From Pachysolen tannophilus NRRL Y-2460 (taxonomy: Eukaryota): 64,000 nucleotides of DNA. A program made the position numbers and the translations under genes. This document shows positions 33,666 to 44,936 of the stretch, piece by piece; within the stretch, counting starts at the first letter, position 1; each line of letters opens with the position of its first letter. Location: assembly GCA_001661245.1 (NCBI GenBank), contig KV454014.1, positions 636,954 through 700,953 on the forward strand, in the 5' to 3' direction. The notes below the pieces were generated by a model. It saw only the letters and a list, made by a program, of their open reading frames with translations, searched no databases and had not been told where the DNA came from.

Positions 33666-35843
33666 CTAATCTTCATCCATCTCTTCATCATAATCATCTT
33701 GATCCTGATCCTGATCCATCTGCTGATTATCAGCCTCATTTAGCTGTCGTTGTTGCTGTTGTTGTTGTTGTTGTTCACGCAGTAGCCCCTGCTGTTGGTC
33801 TTGCTGTTGCCGTTGTTGCTGAATAGTCTGTAAGGGAAATCCAGATGTCTGATTCTGTTGATGTGGCAGTTGCCCTGCTTGCGGAACTAAATTGCGAAAG
33901 TAATTTAACCTGTTAAATAAATCTATTGCTTCAGCTGGGATCCGTCCATTTTCCATATTTTGTCCCAGTATTGGTTCTCTTATAAATGCTATAGGACGCA
34001 GTCCACTGCCATCGAGTTGTGCTCTGAATTCGCCATCGTTTCTTGCAGCTAACATCAATCGCAGAGATCTACTATCCGCTTCATTTATCGGCCTATTCAT
34101 TAATAACCTCTGAACGGCATTATGCTGCCCATCTAGTATTGCTGTTGCTAAACTGCCACCACGATCATCAAATATGCTAATCAAATAACACCTAAGATTT
34201 TCCACTCCTCTACCACTGAAGACACAAAAAAGAGATCTTTGATGGTCTGAAAATTCAACTGGTGGCGATCTGCAAAATTTTGTAATATCATTTCTTAAAA
34301 AAGCCGTTATACCAGTTAATGATAAATGTGTTAGTTTAGGGCATGCCATCAACAAATTATAAATCGGTCTAAGAGTAATCTGGATACAATATGATAGATG
34401 TACTCTTTCTAAAGTATCTTCAAAAGTACGACGTGAATTAGCCAAGGCATTTATACCTTCATCTGTTATATTATTACATTTGACCAATCCAATCCTTCTC
34501 AATCTTGGTAAAGTTGACAATTCTCTTAAAGTTTCATTTGTTAATTGTGAACAACAAGCAAAATCAACATATTGTAAACGATGACAATTCCTTATTAGTG
34601 TAGCGGTTCCAAAATCAGTGATATTTGAACAATGTCCTAGATGAATATAGTGTAAACATTTTCCTAGCAAGGATAATGATCTTAATGATGCATCAGTAAT
34701 ATTAACACATTTCGATAACACGACATTTCTTAATCTAGGGGCTTTAACAACAAATTTTTCAACTGCTTTATCTCCAATTAAATTACAACTGGTAAAATCT
34801 ATTATACGTAATTTATCTAAGCACGGTTCATTTGGTAACAAATCAAAACATTCATCTGTGATATTATTATTATGCGATATTTTAAATTCTCTCAATTGCT
34901 CTAATTTGGCAAATAATATTTTCAAAGAAGCATCTGTGATCTTATTACAACCATGCAAATCTAACTCTACAACATTTGGACAATGTTCTGCTAATTCAAT
35001 CAATGTATCATCATCAATTTCAGAACACTCACTAAATTTTATTCTTTTCAACATTGGACAGCAACGAACCAATTCTAGTACCAGCAGTTTAGTAATTTTT
35101 TGTGAATTTGGAGCATAAACTCCCTGTAAACGAGGACAATTATGAGCTAATGTAATATATATATCATCTGTAATGTCTCTCACTCCGGTAAGATCAAGTG
35201 ATTGTAATCTTTTACAACCAAAAAGTAATTTATAAATTGAACTGTGGGTTAATTTTGAGCAATTGACCAAGGTTATTCTTTCTAAATTAACACAACCAAC
35301 AAATTGTTGAATAAATTCATCTGTCAGATTAGCTCCAATAAATGATAAGTTTAATCTTCTTATAAAAGGTCTATAATCCCAATAAGTTTGATCTCTTGGC
35401 ATTTTTAAAACTTCGGATATTTCACTTGCTGTGGCAACATTTTGTATTCCTGGTCTAAACCAAATCAAATCAATTACCATATCAGCCCATAGTTTACAAA
35501 CTAGAGCGACATTTATCAAATCAGATCTTTTATTTAAAAATGAAAAGATTAATAATAAAAGTTCTGGTGGCAACTTCATTATTGAAGAATTTTGTACAAA
35601 CAATTTAGAACTAGTCGAAAAAGAATTATAATTCTTATGCTCTGATGCAATGGACCCAGTTCTATTTTGTGATCTTTCCTTTATCATACTATAAAAAGCA
35701 TGTTGATCATCATCTATTTCAGTGTCTTGATCATCTTGCTGTTGTAAATGCAACGTAGAGGAACTCTTATGAAGTATATTATGATTCGAAAGATGATTAT
35801 TGCCGTTTCCAATATTATATGATCTATTATGATTGATATCCAT
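33666..35843 (-). CDS. GRR1: F-box/LRR SCF substrate adaptor Grr1
   Basis: F-box LPPELLLLIFSFL...VCKLW, about 12 LRRs, LERVHLSYC, CPKLTHLSLTG, FCVFSG. Confidence 0.95.
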   Translation of the reverse strand: MDINHNRSYNIGNGNNHLSNHNILHKSSSTLHLQQQDDQDTEIDDDQHAFYSMIKERSQNRTGSIASEHKNYNSFSTSSKLFVQNSSIMKLPPELLLLIFSFLNKRSDLINVALVCKLWADMVIDLIWFRPGIQNVATASEISEVLKMPRDQTYWDYRPFIRRLNLSFIGANLTDEFIQQFVGCVNLERITLVNCSKLTHSSIYKLLFGCKRLQSLDLTGVRDITDDIYITLAHNCPRLQGVYAPNSQKITKLLVLELVRCCPMLKRIKFSECSEIDDDTLIELAEHCPNVVELDLHGCNKITDASLKILFAKLEQLREFKISHNNNITDECFDLLPNEPCLDKLRIIDFTSCNLIGDKAVEKFVVKAPRLRNVVLSKCVNITDASLRSLSLLGKCLHYIHLGHCSNITDFGTATLIRNCHRLQYVDFACCSQLTNETLRELSTLPRLRRIGLVKCNNITDEGINALANSRRTFEDTLERVHLSYCIQITLRPIYNLLMACPKLTHLSLTGITAFLRNDITKFCRSPPVEFSDHQRSLFCVFSGRGVENLRCYLISIFDDRGGSLATAILDGQHNAVQRLLMNRPINEADSRSLRLMLAARNDGEFRAQLDGSGLRPIAFIREPILGQNMENGRIPAEAIDLFNRLNYFRNLVPQAGQLPHQQNQTSGFPLQTIQQQRQQQDQQQGLLREQQQQQQQQRQLNEADNQQMDQDQDQDDYDEEMDED

Positions 35844-36767
35844 TTCTCCCTTACCTTGAATAAATAAATATATATAAATTTATATATATATATACGTTCA
35901 ACACCAAATCACTCGATATATATATATATATGATATTTTAACCGCTGATGGAATAAAACTCCTAAAAAGCGCTTTTTTTTCTTAATTATCTATGAAGATT
36001 TATAATGATAAAACAAAACTTTTAGAGATCAAAATTGACTTTCTATTAGAAACCTCCTATAAATATAGGATGATTCAAAAAAAAATTAGTATTTGGCGGA
36101 TTCGAAACAAATTATAAAAAGTTGCTGTTTCCACCAAAACACAAACAAAAAACAAGAACAAAAAATTGAAAAAAAAACCCCAAAAAATAAAATAAAAAAA
36201 AAATAAAGAGATGAAATCAAAAGGATATTAGCCAAAAAAAAATGAGTCTTCGTCTTTTAACCCTATGGTGATTTTATCAATCCTCTTCTATTAATTGATC
36301 CCTCTTCTTGGTGTAATTTATTAATTTATATATAAATCTAATCTATGTTTTGTGGTAAAAAACCCAATCAAAAAAAATAAAAAAAAAAAACAAAAAAAAA
36401 AAAAAAAGACAAAAAAAGCCACCTTCCAAATACGGAAGTTAAAAGTGCACATTTCCCAATTAGGTACATTTAAGCCCAATCGGGAATTACTAGGAAATTA
36501 AAATCTTTTTTTTTTCTTTTCTTTTTTTTTGTTATGCTAAATTTGTGTAATATGTGAGCAAAAAAAGAAAGTATAATATAATAGTAGTAGATAATTAATA
36601 CATACAAGATCAAGATCAAAAAGATTAAGGTTAAAAAGTACTATTTACCATGATATGCTACAGGGTAAATCGATTACGTTGATTTTGTAAAAGTCTAATA
36701 TCTTTTATTCTGATTTATACACTTTCCGTCCGTCCTTGATTTCAACTTTCTGTTCTCTTGGATTAGC

Positions 36768-37409
36768 CTAGCCTAGCTGTGGGGTTTCTTCTTTTGAATC
36801 CAATTTAATAGTTTCTAAATGATTTTCAGATTCTGCGTTTAAATTTGTAACTTCTTGTTGTTGTTGTAGTTGTTGGTCTGGTTGTTCTTCTTCACCACAA
36901 CCGCACTGGTAGTCTTCGATGATATGGTTACAGTTATATATTGTCTTATTTAACCTTTCATTAACAAGGTTATGAATATGACACCCCCATATAGCAGCGT
37001 TAGATCTAGTTGAGATTTGAGGAGGGTATTTTACTAACAACTGCTGGAAATGTCTAGCACAATCACCGCATGGGTATACTTTTGCGAAATAAGTTATAAA
37101 ATTTGATAAATGTGATTGTTGATCTGTTGATGGTATTACTGGATACCTTGCTAATACAGTATGTAATAATTTCCATGAAGCATTACCCAACTCTGCTTTT
37201 AAAGTTTCATTAGTCATATTTGGCATAAAAGCTTCAGGGTTAGGCTCATATTTAGCATTATTCTTAAAATTCTTAGACGTTATTGGCCTAGTAAGAACAT
37301 CGGTTAACTGACCAGATTTTGAACTGAAAACAAATATATATGTTAAAAGAAATACCAACAGCAAAATAATGCTAATATTCCATTTCCTAAAAATCCTAAA
37401 CATCATCAT
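36768..37409 (-). CDS. ERV2: ER FAD-dependent sulfhydryl oxidase Erv2
   Basis: N-terminal TM anchor, LGNASWKLLHT, YPCGDCARHF, HNLVNERL, YQCGC. Confidence 0.95.
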   Translation of the reverse strand: MMMFRIFRKWNISIILLLVFLLTYIFVFSSKSGQLTDVLTRPITSKNFKNNAKYEPNPEAFMPNMTNETLKAELGNASWKLLHTVLARYPVIPSTDQQSHLSNFITYFAKVYPCGDCARHFQQLLVKYPPQISTRSNAAIWGCHIHNLVNERLNKTIYNCNHIIEDYQCGCGEEEQPDQQLQQQQEVTNLNAESENHLETIKLDSKEETPQLG

Positions 37410-37949
37410 GATAAAGGCATGTAATTAAAAAAGCAAAAAGAGAGAAAGAAGAAGAAAAAAAAAAAAAAATTAAAAAGAATGAAAAATCAAATAGCAAAAC
37501 CAAAAAACCTATAGCCTCTTATCATATAAATGTTTTCAAAATTAGCAATATCAATTATATATATTTTACTCGTGTTTTTTATCATAAATCTTTGAAACAA
37601 GTGACTATATGCTCAAATTGTAAAATCGCCGACAGAACACGATTTTTGCTTAGACTTTTTTTTTGTTTTTTTTTATTATTTTCTGAAAATGAGAAAAAAA
37701 CAAAAAAATTAAGAAAAAATTAAAGAAAAATTTCCTAAACTGGATTGACTTCTTGATTAAGGAATTTAAGTAAATGTTATCTGTTTTTGGGTTTTTGAAT
37801 TCCATGTTTGGAGATTATTATTTATGGGTAGGCTTAACCTTGTATTAGTTAATCTATAATCTGTTATTATTATTTATTGTGTTTATCTTTTTTTTTTTTT
37901 TTTTTTTAGTTTTAACAATATAAGCCATCAAAGCTTCAGTTGATCAATC

Positions 37950-39350
37950 ATGGCAATGACTGGGGGAGGTTCAGAGAATTCTGGGGATAATGGCAATGAT
38001 AGCAATGATAAAAAAATTCTGCCTCTGTCACAGTCTACGTTTAATACTCCAGGGATTGCCGCTGTTCATATTAATCTGGCAAGGGAACTGGTGGAGTTAC
38101 ATACAAGAGATAGAAGACCAAATTTAACGTTGGTGAATAATAAATCTCAGAGAATACTGCAGACACTGCAGACACTGCCAATGCTGTCAACGCTGTCAAC
38201 GCTGCAAAATTTACAAAATCTACAAAATCTGCAGAAATTGCCAAAACTGCCAAAACTGCAACTTCAGCAAGGTCAGAAGTTTCAAGTTCCATTATCCAAA
38301 AAGAAACAATCAACTATAACAACATCTACATCTACTTCCACTGATATAAAAATTCCAACTCATCATTCGCCATCATCAACTCCATGGCCGTGTTCAAATC
38401 CTCAATGCCAGCATTGTGGGTCGGTCATTATACCGGCACCACAATCTTCGTTACCTATAAGAGATGTACCTTCAATTTCAATAAAAAATTGGGATATATA
38501 TTTAACGAAAAATCCAATTTTAAATGCTACTGAATTGGAAGATTTTGAAAAAAGTTTTAATTTCCCCTTACCTGAAATGATCTTTGGTAATAATGGTATA
38601 GAGATTTATAATCCAATTTTAAAATGGGGGTTTAAAGTGAATTGTTTTGATTCTTTAAAATTGATTGATGATAATGTTGATCCAAGTAAATTGTTGAAAG
38701 TTAGTTATGCCAATGACTGGTATAAAGCAAGACAAGTTAAACATAATAGTAATAGCGTCGCTACCGGTACAATAAATGGTTCTAGTTCTAATTCTAGTTC
38801 TAATAAAAATGACAATCAAGATATAAGTAGCGGTAGTATCACAAGTGGAAGTAGTGAAAGTATCATGGAAATATATAAATCATTTGATTGGACATATACT
38901 ACAACATATAAAGGCGATGAATTTACAAATAATCTGAAACATTTTCAAAAAGATAATACGCGTGAAATTCCTCTACATAAATTAACAGATAAATTGCAAC
39001 CCATCTTGTTCTATCAAGAATTTGTTTTATATGAAGACGAATTGGGTGATAATGGGATATCAATCTTATCTTGCAAAGTACGTTGTATGAAAAATTGTAT
39101 GTTACTATTATTAAGATTTTTCTTGAGAGTGGATAATGTTATATTCCGAATCAATGATACAAGATTATACATTGATTTCGAAGAAAATTTAATAATAAGA
39201 GAATTTAAAACTCAAGAATCAAGTTATAACGATCTTTTGAAAAAAATTAATCCTTCGAGTGGAGATCCAAGAAGTTTATTAAGAGATAGCAATTGGGTAG
39301 CTCAAAATACAAAATTATTAAAGGCAGAAAGAGAATACGTTGAATTATGA
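37950..39350 (+). CDS. TIP41: TAP42-interacting protein Tip41
   Basis: NPQCQHCGSVIIP, LPEMIFGNN, DWTYTTTYKG, YEDELGDNGIS, RFFLRVD, LRDSNWVAQN. Confidence 0.95.
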   Translation: MAMTGGGSENSGDNGNDSNDKKILPLSQSTFNTPGIAAVHINLARELVELHTRDRRPNLTLVNNKSQRILQTLQTLPMLSTLSTLQNLQNLQNLQKLPKLPKLQLQQGQKFQVPLSKKKQSTITTSTSTSTDIKIPTHHSPSSTPWPCSNPQCQHCGSVIIPAPQSSLPIRDVPSISIKNWDIYLTKNPILNATELEDFEKSFNFPLPEMIFGNNGIEIYNPILKWGFKVNCFDSLKLIDDNVDPSKLLKVSYANDWYKARQVKHNSNSVATGTINGSSSNSSSNKNDNQDISSGSITSGSSESIMEIYKSFDWTYTTTYKGDEFTNNLKHFQKDNTREIPLHKLTDKLQPILFYQEFVLYEDELGDNGISILSCKVRCMKNCMLLLLRFFLRVDNVIFRINDTRLYIDFEENLIIREFKTQESSYNDLLKKINPSSGDPRSLLRDSNWVAQNTKLLKAEREYVEL

Positions 39351-39554
39351 ATTTTTCATTTTCTGTTTCTTTGTTCTAATTCTTTTTTTTTTTNTTTTTT
39401 TTTTTTTTCAACATTCAAAAGGTTTTTCTGGTTTTTCATTGTTCTTACGGTAGTTGATATTTTTTTTTCAGGTGATGTATATATTTTTTTAAAAAAATAA
39501 ACATTTAAAAAGTATAAACATAACATATCCAATGACTAATTTTTAAAAAAATTA

Positions 39555-40712
39555 TCAACACATTGCATTACAAAACTCATTATAAACACAATCGTCTAAT
39601 ATAACTATCCCATTAAGACTCAAATCGTTCATTAATACTAAATTTTTAAATATTTCTAATTCCAATAAATAAATTAGTTCGTCCACAACGTCATTTAGTT
39701 GAGCACGGTACTTGATACAAAATGGGTTATCATCTCCGTATAGTCCGAATTCGGGAGCTTTTAATACACTACTTATATTTAACGTTCTTAAATTTAATAT
39801 AAATCTTCTTAATATGATATTCATTTCTTTGTAGTTTTGGAAAGTTGAGTCTTTGATATATTCTTCAATAGCATCCAATCTGCGAAAATGCAATAAAAAA
39901 AAACGAAAACCACTGTTAGTAAGAATAACCAAATAATCGGATTTTTAACTCTTTAGTAATAAGTACTCTATATCATAATCAACAATTTTTGATCCGATCG
40001 CTTTCAACAAATTCTTAAATCTAATAAAGACTTTCATTAAATCTTTATTATTACAGTTATAAACTGTACCTAATCTCTGTGTATCTATACCATTACAAAT
40101 TTCTTAAAACAAAGTTAGTAAAGAGGTTATCTTAGCATATGGCAAAAACAACGTATATATTACCCCAGAAGACATACTAGACATACTTTTATCAATTTCA
40201 GCCGCGTTCTGCCTGTCATTAAAGCTTAACTTTTTCTCTTCAGAAACCGGAGAATAATTTTTTGAATTTTTGATATTTGAAAAGTCATTTAACAAAGTAT
40301 CGGCCAAGTCACTTTCCTCTTTGAAATAATTGAGGCCCGCTGAAATATATGAAAAACTTTTTCTATAATATTGGGCTTTTGTTTGATAATCCGAAATCTT
40401 TTTTAAAGGATACTTTAACATTGAAAGAATCAGATTAGCAGACAAACATGTCGAGTAAATGTAAGGAGATATTAGTCTCAAATTACAATTTTCTTCGTAT
40501 GAATATGTTAGATTATAGATTGTATTTTGTACAGAGGATATACCTTTGATTTTTTTCACTGTCCAATAAAGTTGCTGATCTTCTTGCTTTTTCTTGAATA
40601 TCTGGTTTATATTTTTTGATTTACTTATTTCTGACTCGCTCTCGTATTCTTTCAAAGTCCCACCGATTTCAGCTGCGGGTGGGTTTTGATTGAATTCTGA
40701 TTCATACTGCAT
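39555..40712 (-). CDS. Orphan three-exon gene, about 328 aa: exons 40712-40187, 40102-39967, 39879-39555
   Basis: Intron 1: GTATGT (40186), TACTAAC (40120-40114), AAG (40103). Intron 2: GTACTT (39966), TACTAAC (39921-39915), CAG (39880). Phases 1 and 2 join the two listed ORFs through a stop-free 136-nt middle exon (987 nt total). Confidence 0.75.
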
Positions 40713-41453
40713 GTTGATGTATAAATCGTATCAGCCTTATATACAACATGTGCATAGTGATGAATAACTATTTTCACCTTTAGTCCTTTTATTTCTTCTA
40801 AATGTCCTTCCTAAAACCAAAAAAAGCAAAATCAAAATGAACCCCGGTCTAATCTATGTGTCAGATTTTATTACCGTTGTTGTTATTTACTGCTCTTCAT
40901 TGATTATTTCGATTTTGTGTAATTTACCTCTTTTGGAAAGATAAAAGTTGCATCAAACGGTAAATAGTGCATTATTTGCATCTGCATATTGCTGCATGTC
41001 TCTTATTCAAACAAATTTTGAGGCTAACCGGTCTTGTATTTTTTCAAATTTGTAAGAAAAATACATGGATACTGAGTCTATATAGTACGGATGTAATATT
41101 AAAAATCCGAATTGCTTACTATGTGTGATTTATTAGATATAATTATTACATAGGATGCCACTTGAAAAGAAAGAAGAAAGGAGGATCTTTTTTTTTTTTT
41201 CTTTTTTTTTTTGTTTTTTTTGTTTTTGGTATTTATCATAAAGATACTGGATTACAACATATTCAAACCAATCCACTCCAATAATATTATTTTTTTGAAA
41301 TTTTAAAACAGTTTAGCTAGGTAGCTAGATGGTTAAAAGTGCTGTTTTTATTTATTTATTTATTATCTTCAAAGAATCACGTTTCATTAAATTGACAAGT
41401 ATTTAAAAAACCATCGGTATATGACAAGATAAAGGCAACATCAGCAATAACAA

Positions 41454-41765
41454 ATGTCAGCAACAGAACAATTATCCCAGCAGCAGGCAAAGCAGGAGAT
41501 GATGCTTTTAAAGTATGCCCAATTAAAGCTAAAGAGAACAACGGAACAAAATAATAGGCTAAAAGATGTCTTATCGAGAGAGAAGATATATTCTTCCAGT
41601 AGAGCCATATGTATCATAAATTATACTCAACAACAAACTGATTATTTCATTCCGTCAATTTGGGGTACAATACCTGATGATCAAAACAAGTTCAAGAGAT
41701 TTAAGCTAGAAACACAACGTAAGAAATCATCTGCTTCCGGTGCAGGTTGTTGTGTCATTACATGA
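41454..41765 (+). CDS. STE18: Pheromone-pathway G-protein gamma subunit
   Basis: LKLKR..EQNNRLK..LSREKI.SS, DYFIPSIWG and a C-terminal CCaaX (CCVIT); one TGAAAC on the minus strand at 41381-41386. Confidence 0.9.
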   Translation: MSATEQLSQQQAKQEMMLLKYAQLKLKRTTEQNNRLKDVLSREKIYSSSRAICIINYTQQQTDYFIPSIWGTIPDDQNKFKRFKLETQRKKSSASGAGCCVIT

Positions 41766-41979
41766 TGAAAACTTGAATGTTGTTCTTTTCATATTGGTTC
41801 TTCTACTTTGTTTTCTTTTCCGAATTTTAGTTTATATATTTTTAATTAATGTCATATTCCCAATCTTTTTTTTTTTTCTTTTGTTAAGAAAAACGACACA
41901 ACCGGTAAACACACCCTAGCGATATATAACTACATCTAAAACCTTTGTTATATTAAACTTTAAACTTATCATTAACTAT

Positions 41980-42972
41980 CTAATCTGAATGAGTGTATGA
42001 TTTCAACACAATTTCAGCAATTTTTATATTTTCAGAACTTGATAAATCATTTTCAACAATTTTTTGTAATCTCTTGGTAGCTAACAGGTGTAAATCATCA
42101 TTTTGCTTTACATCAGTAGAAGATGACTTCTTAATTATCTTTAAGTTAACATCAAATTTTTTACTTGTCAATTTCAATATTCCAGCCCAACCTCTAACAA
42201 AAGTTTCACACAATTCCACCGATCTCAAAAAATGTTTAAGACTTAAAGATTTCAAAACCAACAAATTTTCAGAATTATGTGCACTTAACGATCCAGAATG
42301 ACTAACTGACAGATATAATTGCAACATTGATAATAAATATAATTCACCAATTTTGCTGAAAATGTTATATGCAAATGGTTCTATAAGTAAGACTTCTTGA
42401 TAACAATATACTGCTTTATCATATAAATTTAGCTTAGTGTATTCATTTGCCAATTCAGACCAAGTCATCAGATCTAAAGGTTTTATTTCTAAATATTCTA
42501 ATAATTTTGAAATATAAATCAGCAGTCTTTCTTTCTTTGTTGCCAATCTTGATTCTAAAATAAATTTTCTTCTTTTTATTAATAATAAGTCATCAACATC
42601 TTTAGTCTTATTTTTGAAAAAATTCACAGATTTATTTAAAAAATTTAACGCATCTTGAGGATTGAAAGTTGCTTCTATATAAACAGATTTTAATACTATC
42701 AATCTCTCAGACAGCTCGATATTGAACTTATCTTCCAAGATATCTAGCATTGCCTTGGCCTCAATGTCATGATTGGTTTGTATGCACAAATTGAAATTAA
42801 GTTCAATTATTTGATAATATTCAAATTCATTAATAGAAGAGTTTGGTGATGGATTCAATTCTATGAATTTGTGAGTTACTTTATAAACATCAAATAAATC
42901 CTTTGGATCTAATGTAGCAAATTTACCATACTTCTGAAGATCTAACAATCTGCTCTTAATTGCAGATGACAT
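41980..42972 (-). CDS. EMC2: ER membrane complex TPR subunit Emc2
   Basis: PLDxMTWSELANEY, AVYCYQEVLLIEPFAYNIF, HFLRSVELC..FVRGWAG. Confidence 0.88.
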   Translation of the reverse strand: MSSAIKSRLLDLQKYGKFATLDPKDLFDVYKVTHKFIELNPSPNSSINEFEYYQIIELNFNLCIQTNHDIEAKAMLDILEDKFNIELSERLIVLKSVYIEATFNPQDALNFLNKSVNFFKNKTKDVDDLLLIKRRKFILESRLATKKERLLIYISKLLEYLEIKPLDLMTWSELANEYTKLNLYDKAVYCYQEVLLIEPFAYNIFSKIGELYLLSMLQLYLSVSHSGSLSAHNSENLLVLKSLSLKHFLRSVELCETFVRGWAGILKLTSKKFDVNLKIIKKSSSTDVKQNDDLHLLATKRLQKIVENDLSSSENIKIAEIVLKSYTHSD

Positions 42973-43202
42973 TTTTTCAATAAATGAATATTCTTTTTAT
43001 TTTTGTTGAATACTTGGACAAATCCCATTTGATAAATTATAACTACTAACTAAAAACCAAAGAAAACCAAAGAGAAAAAAAAAATTAAAAAAAAAAAAAA
43101 ACACAAAACGGAGAAGTTTAAAAGTTCTCCAAAAATAACTTCTCCTTTAAGGAGAAACAAAATTGTTTCGTTTTAACTTCCTTAAACAGATCGGGTTTCG
43201 GC

Positions 43203-43627
43203 CTTATCAGCAAGATAGATAAATAGATAAATAGATAGAGATGAGGCATCTTAATCATCGTAGAGACATCAGATTTCAAAAAAAAAAATAAAAATAAAAA
43301 AAAAAACATGGTTATCTTAGGATGAATTTTTTGATTGATAAGTAAATATAAAACACGAAGGTTTTGTAGGTTGTAATTAATAGTACTCTGTTATGGATCT
43401 TTTAAACTTTGCAATTTTTATATGTAGTAGGAAATTATCAGAATTTGGTTATATGTCCATGTAATGTTAGGTCTTTTGCGACTTAGATAGGAGAAAGCAT
43501 TGATTAATCTATCGGCTAACGTTTCATGAAATTTAACAAGTTTTCCGGTAGTGAAATTATCTTTTATCTTTATGCGAACAAACAATTTTGACATTTATCG
43601 GCTAAGATAGATAAATAGATAGATAGA
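43203..43627. promoter_or_regulatory. GATA-site cluster upstream of the DAO gene
   Basis: CTTATC at 43203, GATAAG at 43337 and many GATAG/GATAA; exact repeats AAGATAGATAAATAGATA (43212, 43604) and TATCGGCTAA (43510, 43596). Confidence 0.55.
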
Positions 43628-43780
43628 TGCATTTGTATTTGTTTTTTTTTTTTTTTTTTTTTTTTTTTAGTTCTAAGCTGAGTAGTTATTAGATTATTCA
43701 AAGATATAAATTAGCATCATTAATTCAATTTTAGAAAATTTTCATATTTAGTAGTAATTAGATTTTAAATTTTTTGGAAA

Positions 43781-44887
43781 ATGCTGAAAAAAATTGTTGT
43801 AGTAGGGGCAGGTGTTATTGGCCTTACAACAGCTTATATCTTGTTGAAAAACAATTATCAAGTCTCATTAATTGCTTCATTTTTTCCAAGTGATTCGACT
43901 TCAATAATGGAATATACTTCAATGAAAGCTGGGGCATATTATGCACCTGGAGGTACACATGATACTCCATTAGAAGAAAGAAAAATTGATCTTCCAAGTT
44001 ATAGAGAAATTTTAAAAATTGCTCAAGATCATCCAGAAGCTGGAGTTTGGATAAAAGAAGCTATTCAATATATTGATAAATCACATAAGGAAGATTTAAT
44101 GGAAGCATTAACTTATGATGGTCCATGGTGGAAAAATCATGTTAATAATTATAAAAAAATTCCTGAAAATGAATTTCCAAATGATAAAATTGGATTTGGT
44201 TTTAAATTTGATACATTTATTATTTCTCCAATTCCATATTTACATTTTTTATTATCTGAATGTATTAAATTAGGTTTAAATTTTCGTCGTTATAAAATTG
44301 AAAATTTAGATTCTGCAATTGAATTTTTCATAAATCCAATTACTAAAAATTATGAAAAAGGTGATATAGTTATAAATTGTACTGGTAATGGTTCAATTAA
44401 ATTAGTTCCTCAAGATAAGAAAACTTTCACAATTCGAGGACAAACAATTTTAGTTGAAAATAATTCTTCAACTTTAAAAGTTGTTAGAATAAAAGATGAA
44501 AATTATCCAGGAGAATTTATTGGTATTATTCCAAGAAAAGAAGGTGGCTCATTATTAAATGGAATATATTCTTTCCGTGACAATTCATCATCAATAGATT
44601 ATGATTTAGCCAATAGAATCATTGAACGTTGTTTGGAATATGCTCCAGAACTTATTGATCCAAATTTCTCTAAAAATAAACCATACCTTAAAATAATTAG
44701 CCATAACGTTGGTTTAAGACCAGGTAGAGAATCAGGTCCAAGAATTGAAAAAGAAATTACTCCAAAGAAAACTCTTATAATTCATAATTATGGTGCCTCA
44801 AATGTAGGTTACATTAAAAGTTTCGGTCTAGCTGAAAAAGTATTAGATCTTATCAAACAAGAAGAAAAATTTAAGTATAAGTTATAA
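43781..44887 (+). CDS. D-amino-acid oxidase / D-aspartate oxidase family flavoprotein
   Basis: IVVVGAGVIGLTTA FAD-binding motif, YTSMKAGA, VINCTG, IRGQT, HNVGLRPGR..GPRIE, IHNYGA. Confidence 0.92.
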   Translation: MLKKIVVVGAGVIGLTTAYILLKNNYQVSLIASFFPSDSTSIMEYTSMKAGAYYAPGGTHDTPLEERKIDLPSYREILKIAQDHPEAGVWIKEAIQYIDKSHKEDLMEALTYDGPWWKNHVNNYKKIPENEFPNDKIGFGFKFDTFIISPIPYLHFLLSECIKLGLNFRRYKIENLDSAIEFFINPITKNYEKGDIVINCTGNGSIKLVPQDKKTFTIRGQTILVENNSSTLKVVRIKDENYPGEFIGIIPRKEGGSLLNGIYSFRDNSSSIDYDLANRIIERCLEYAPELIDPNFSKNKPYLKIISHNVGLRPGRESGPRIEKEITPKKTLIIHNYGASNVGYIKSFGLAEKVLDLIKQEEKFKYKL

Positions 44888-44936
44888 TTATAATTATAGT
44901 TATAGCCAATATAATTCTATAAAAGAATTACCAAGT

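Noticed and set aside
41137..41152. a1-alpha2 operator upstream of STE18 (GATATAATTATTACAT)
   Set aside because: Differs from GATG-N9-ACA in both half-site and spacing
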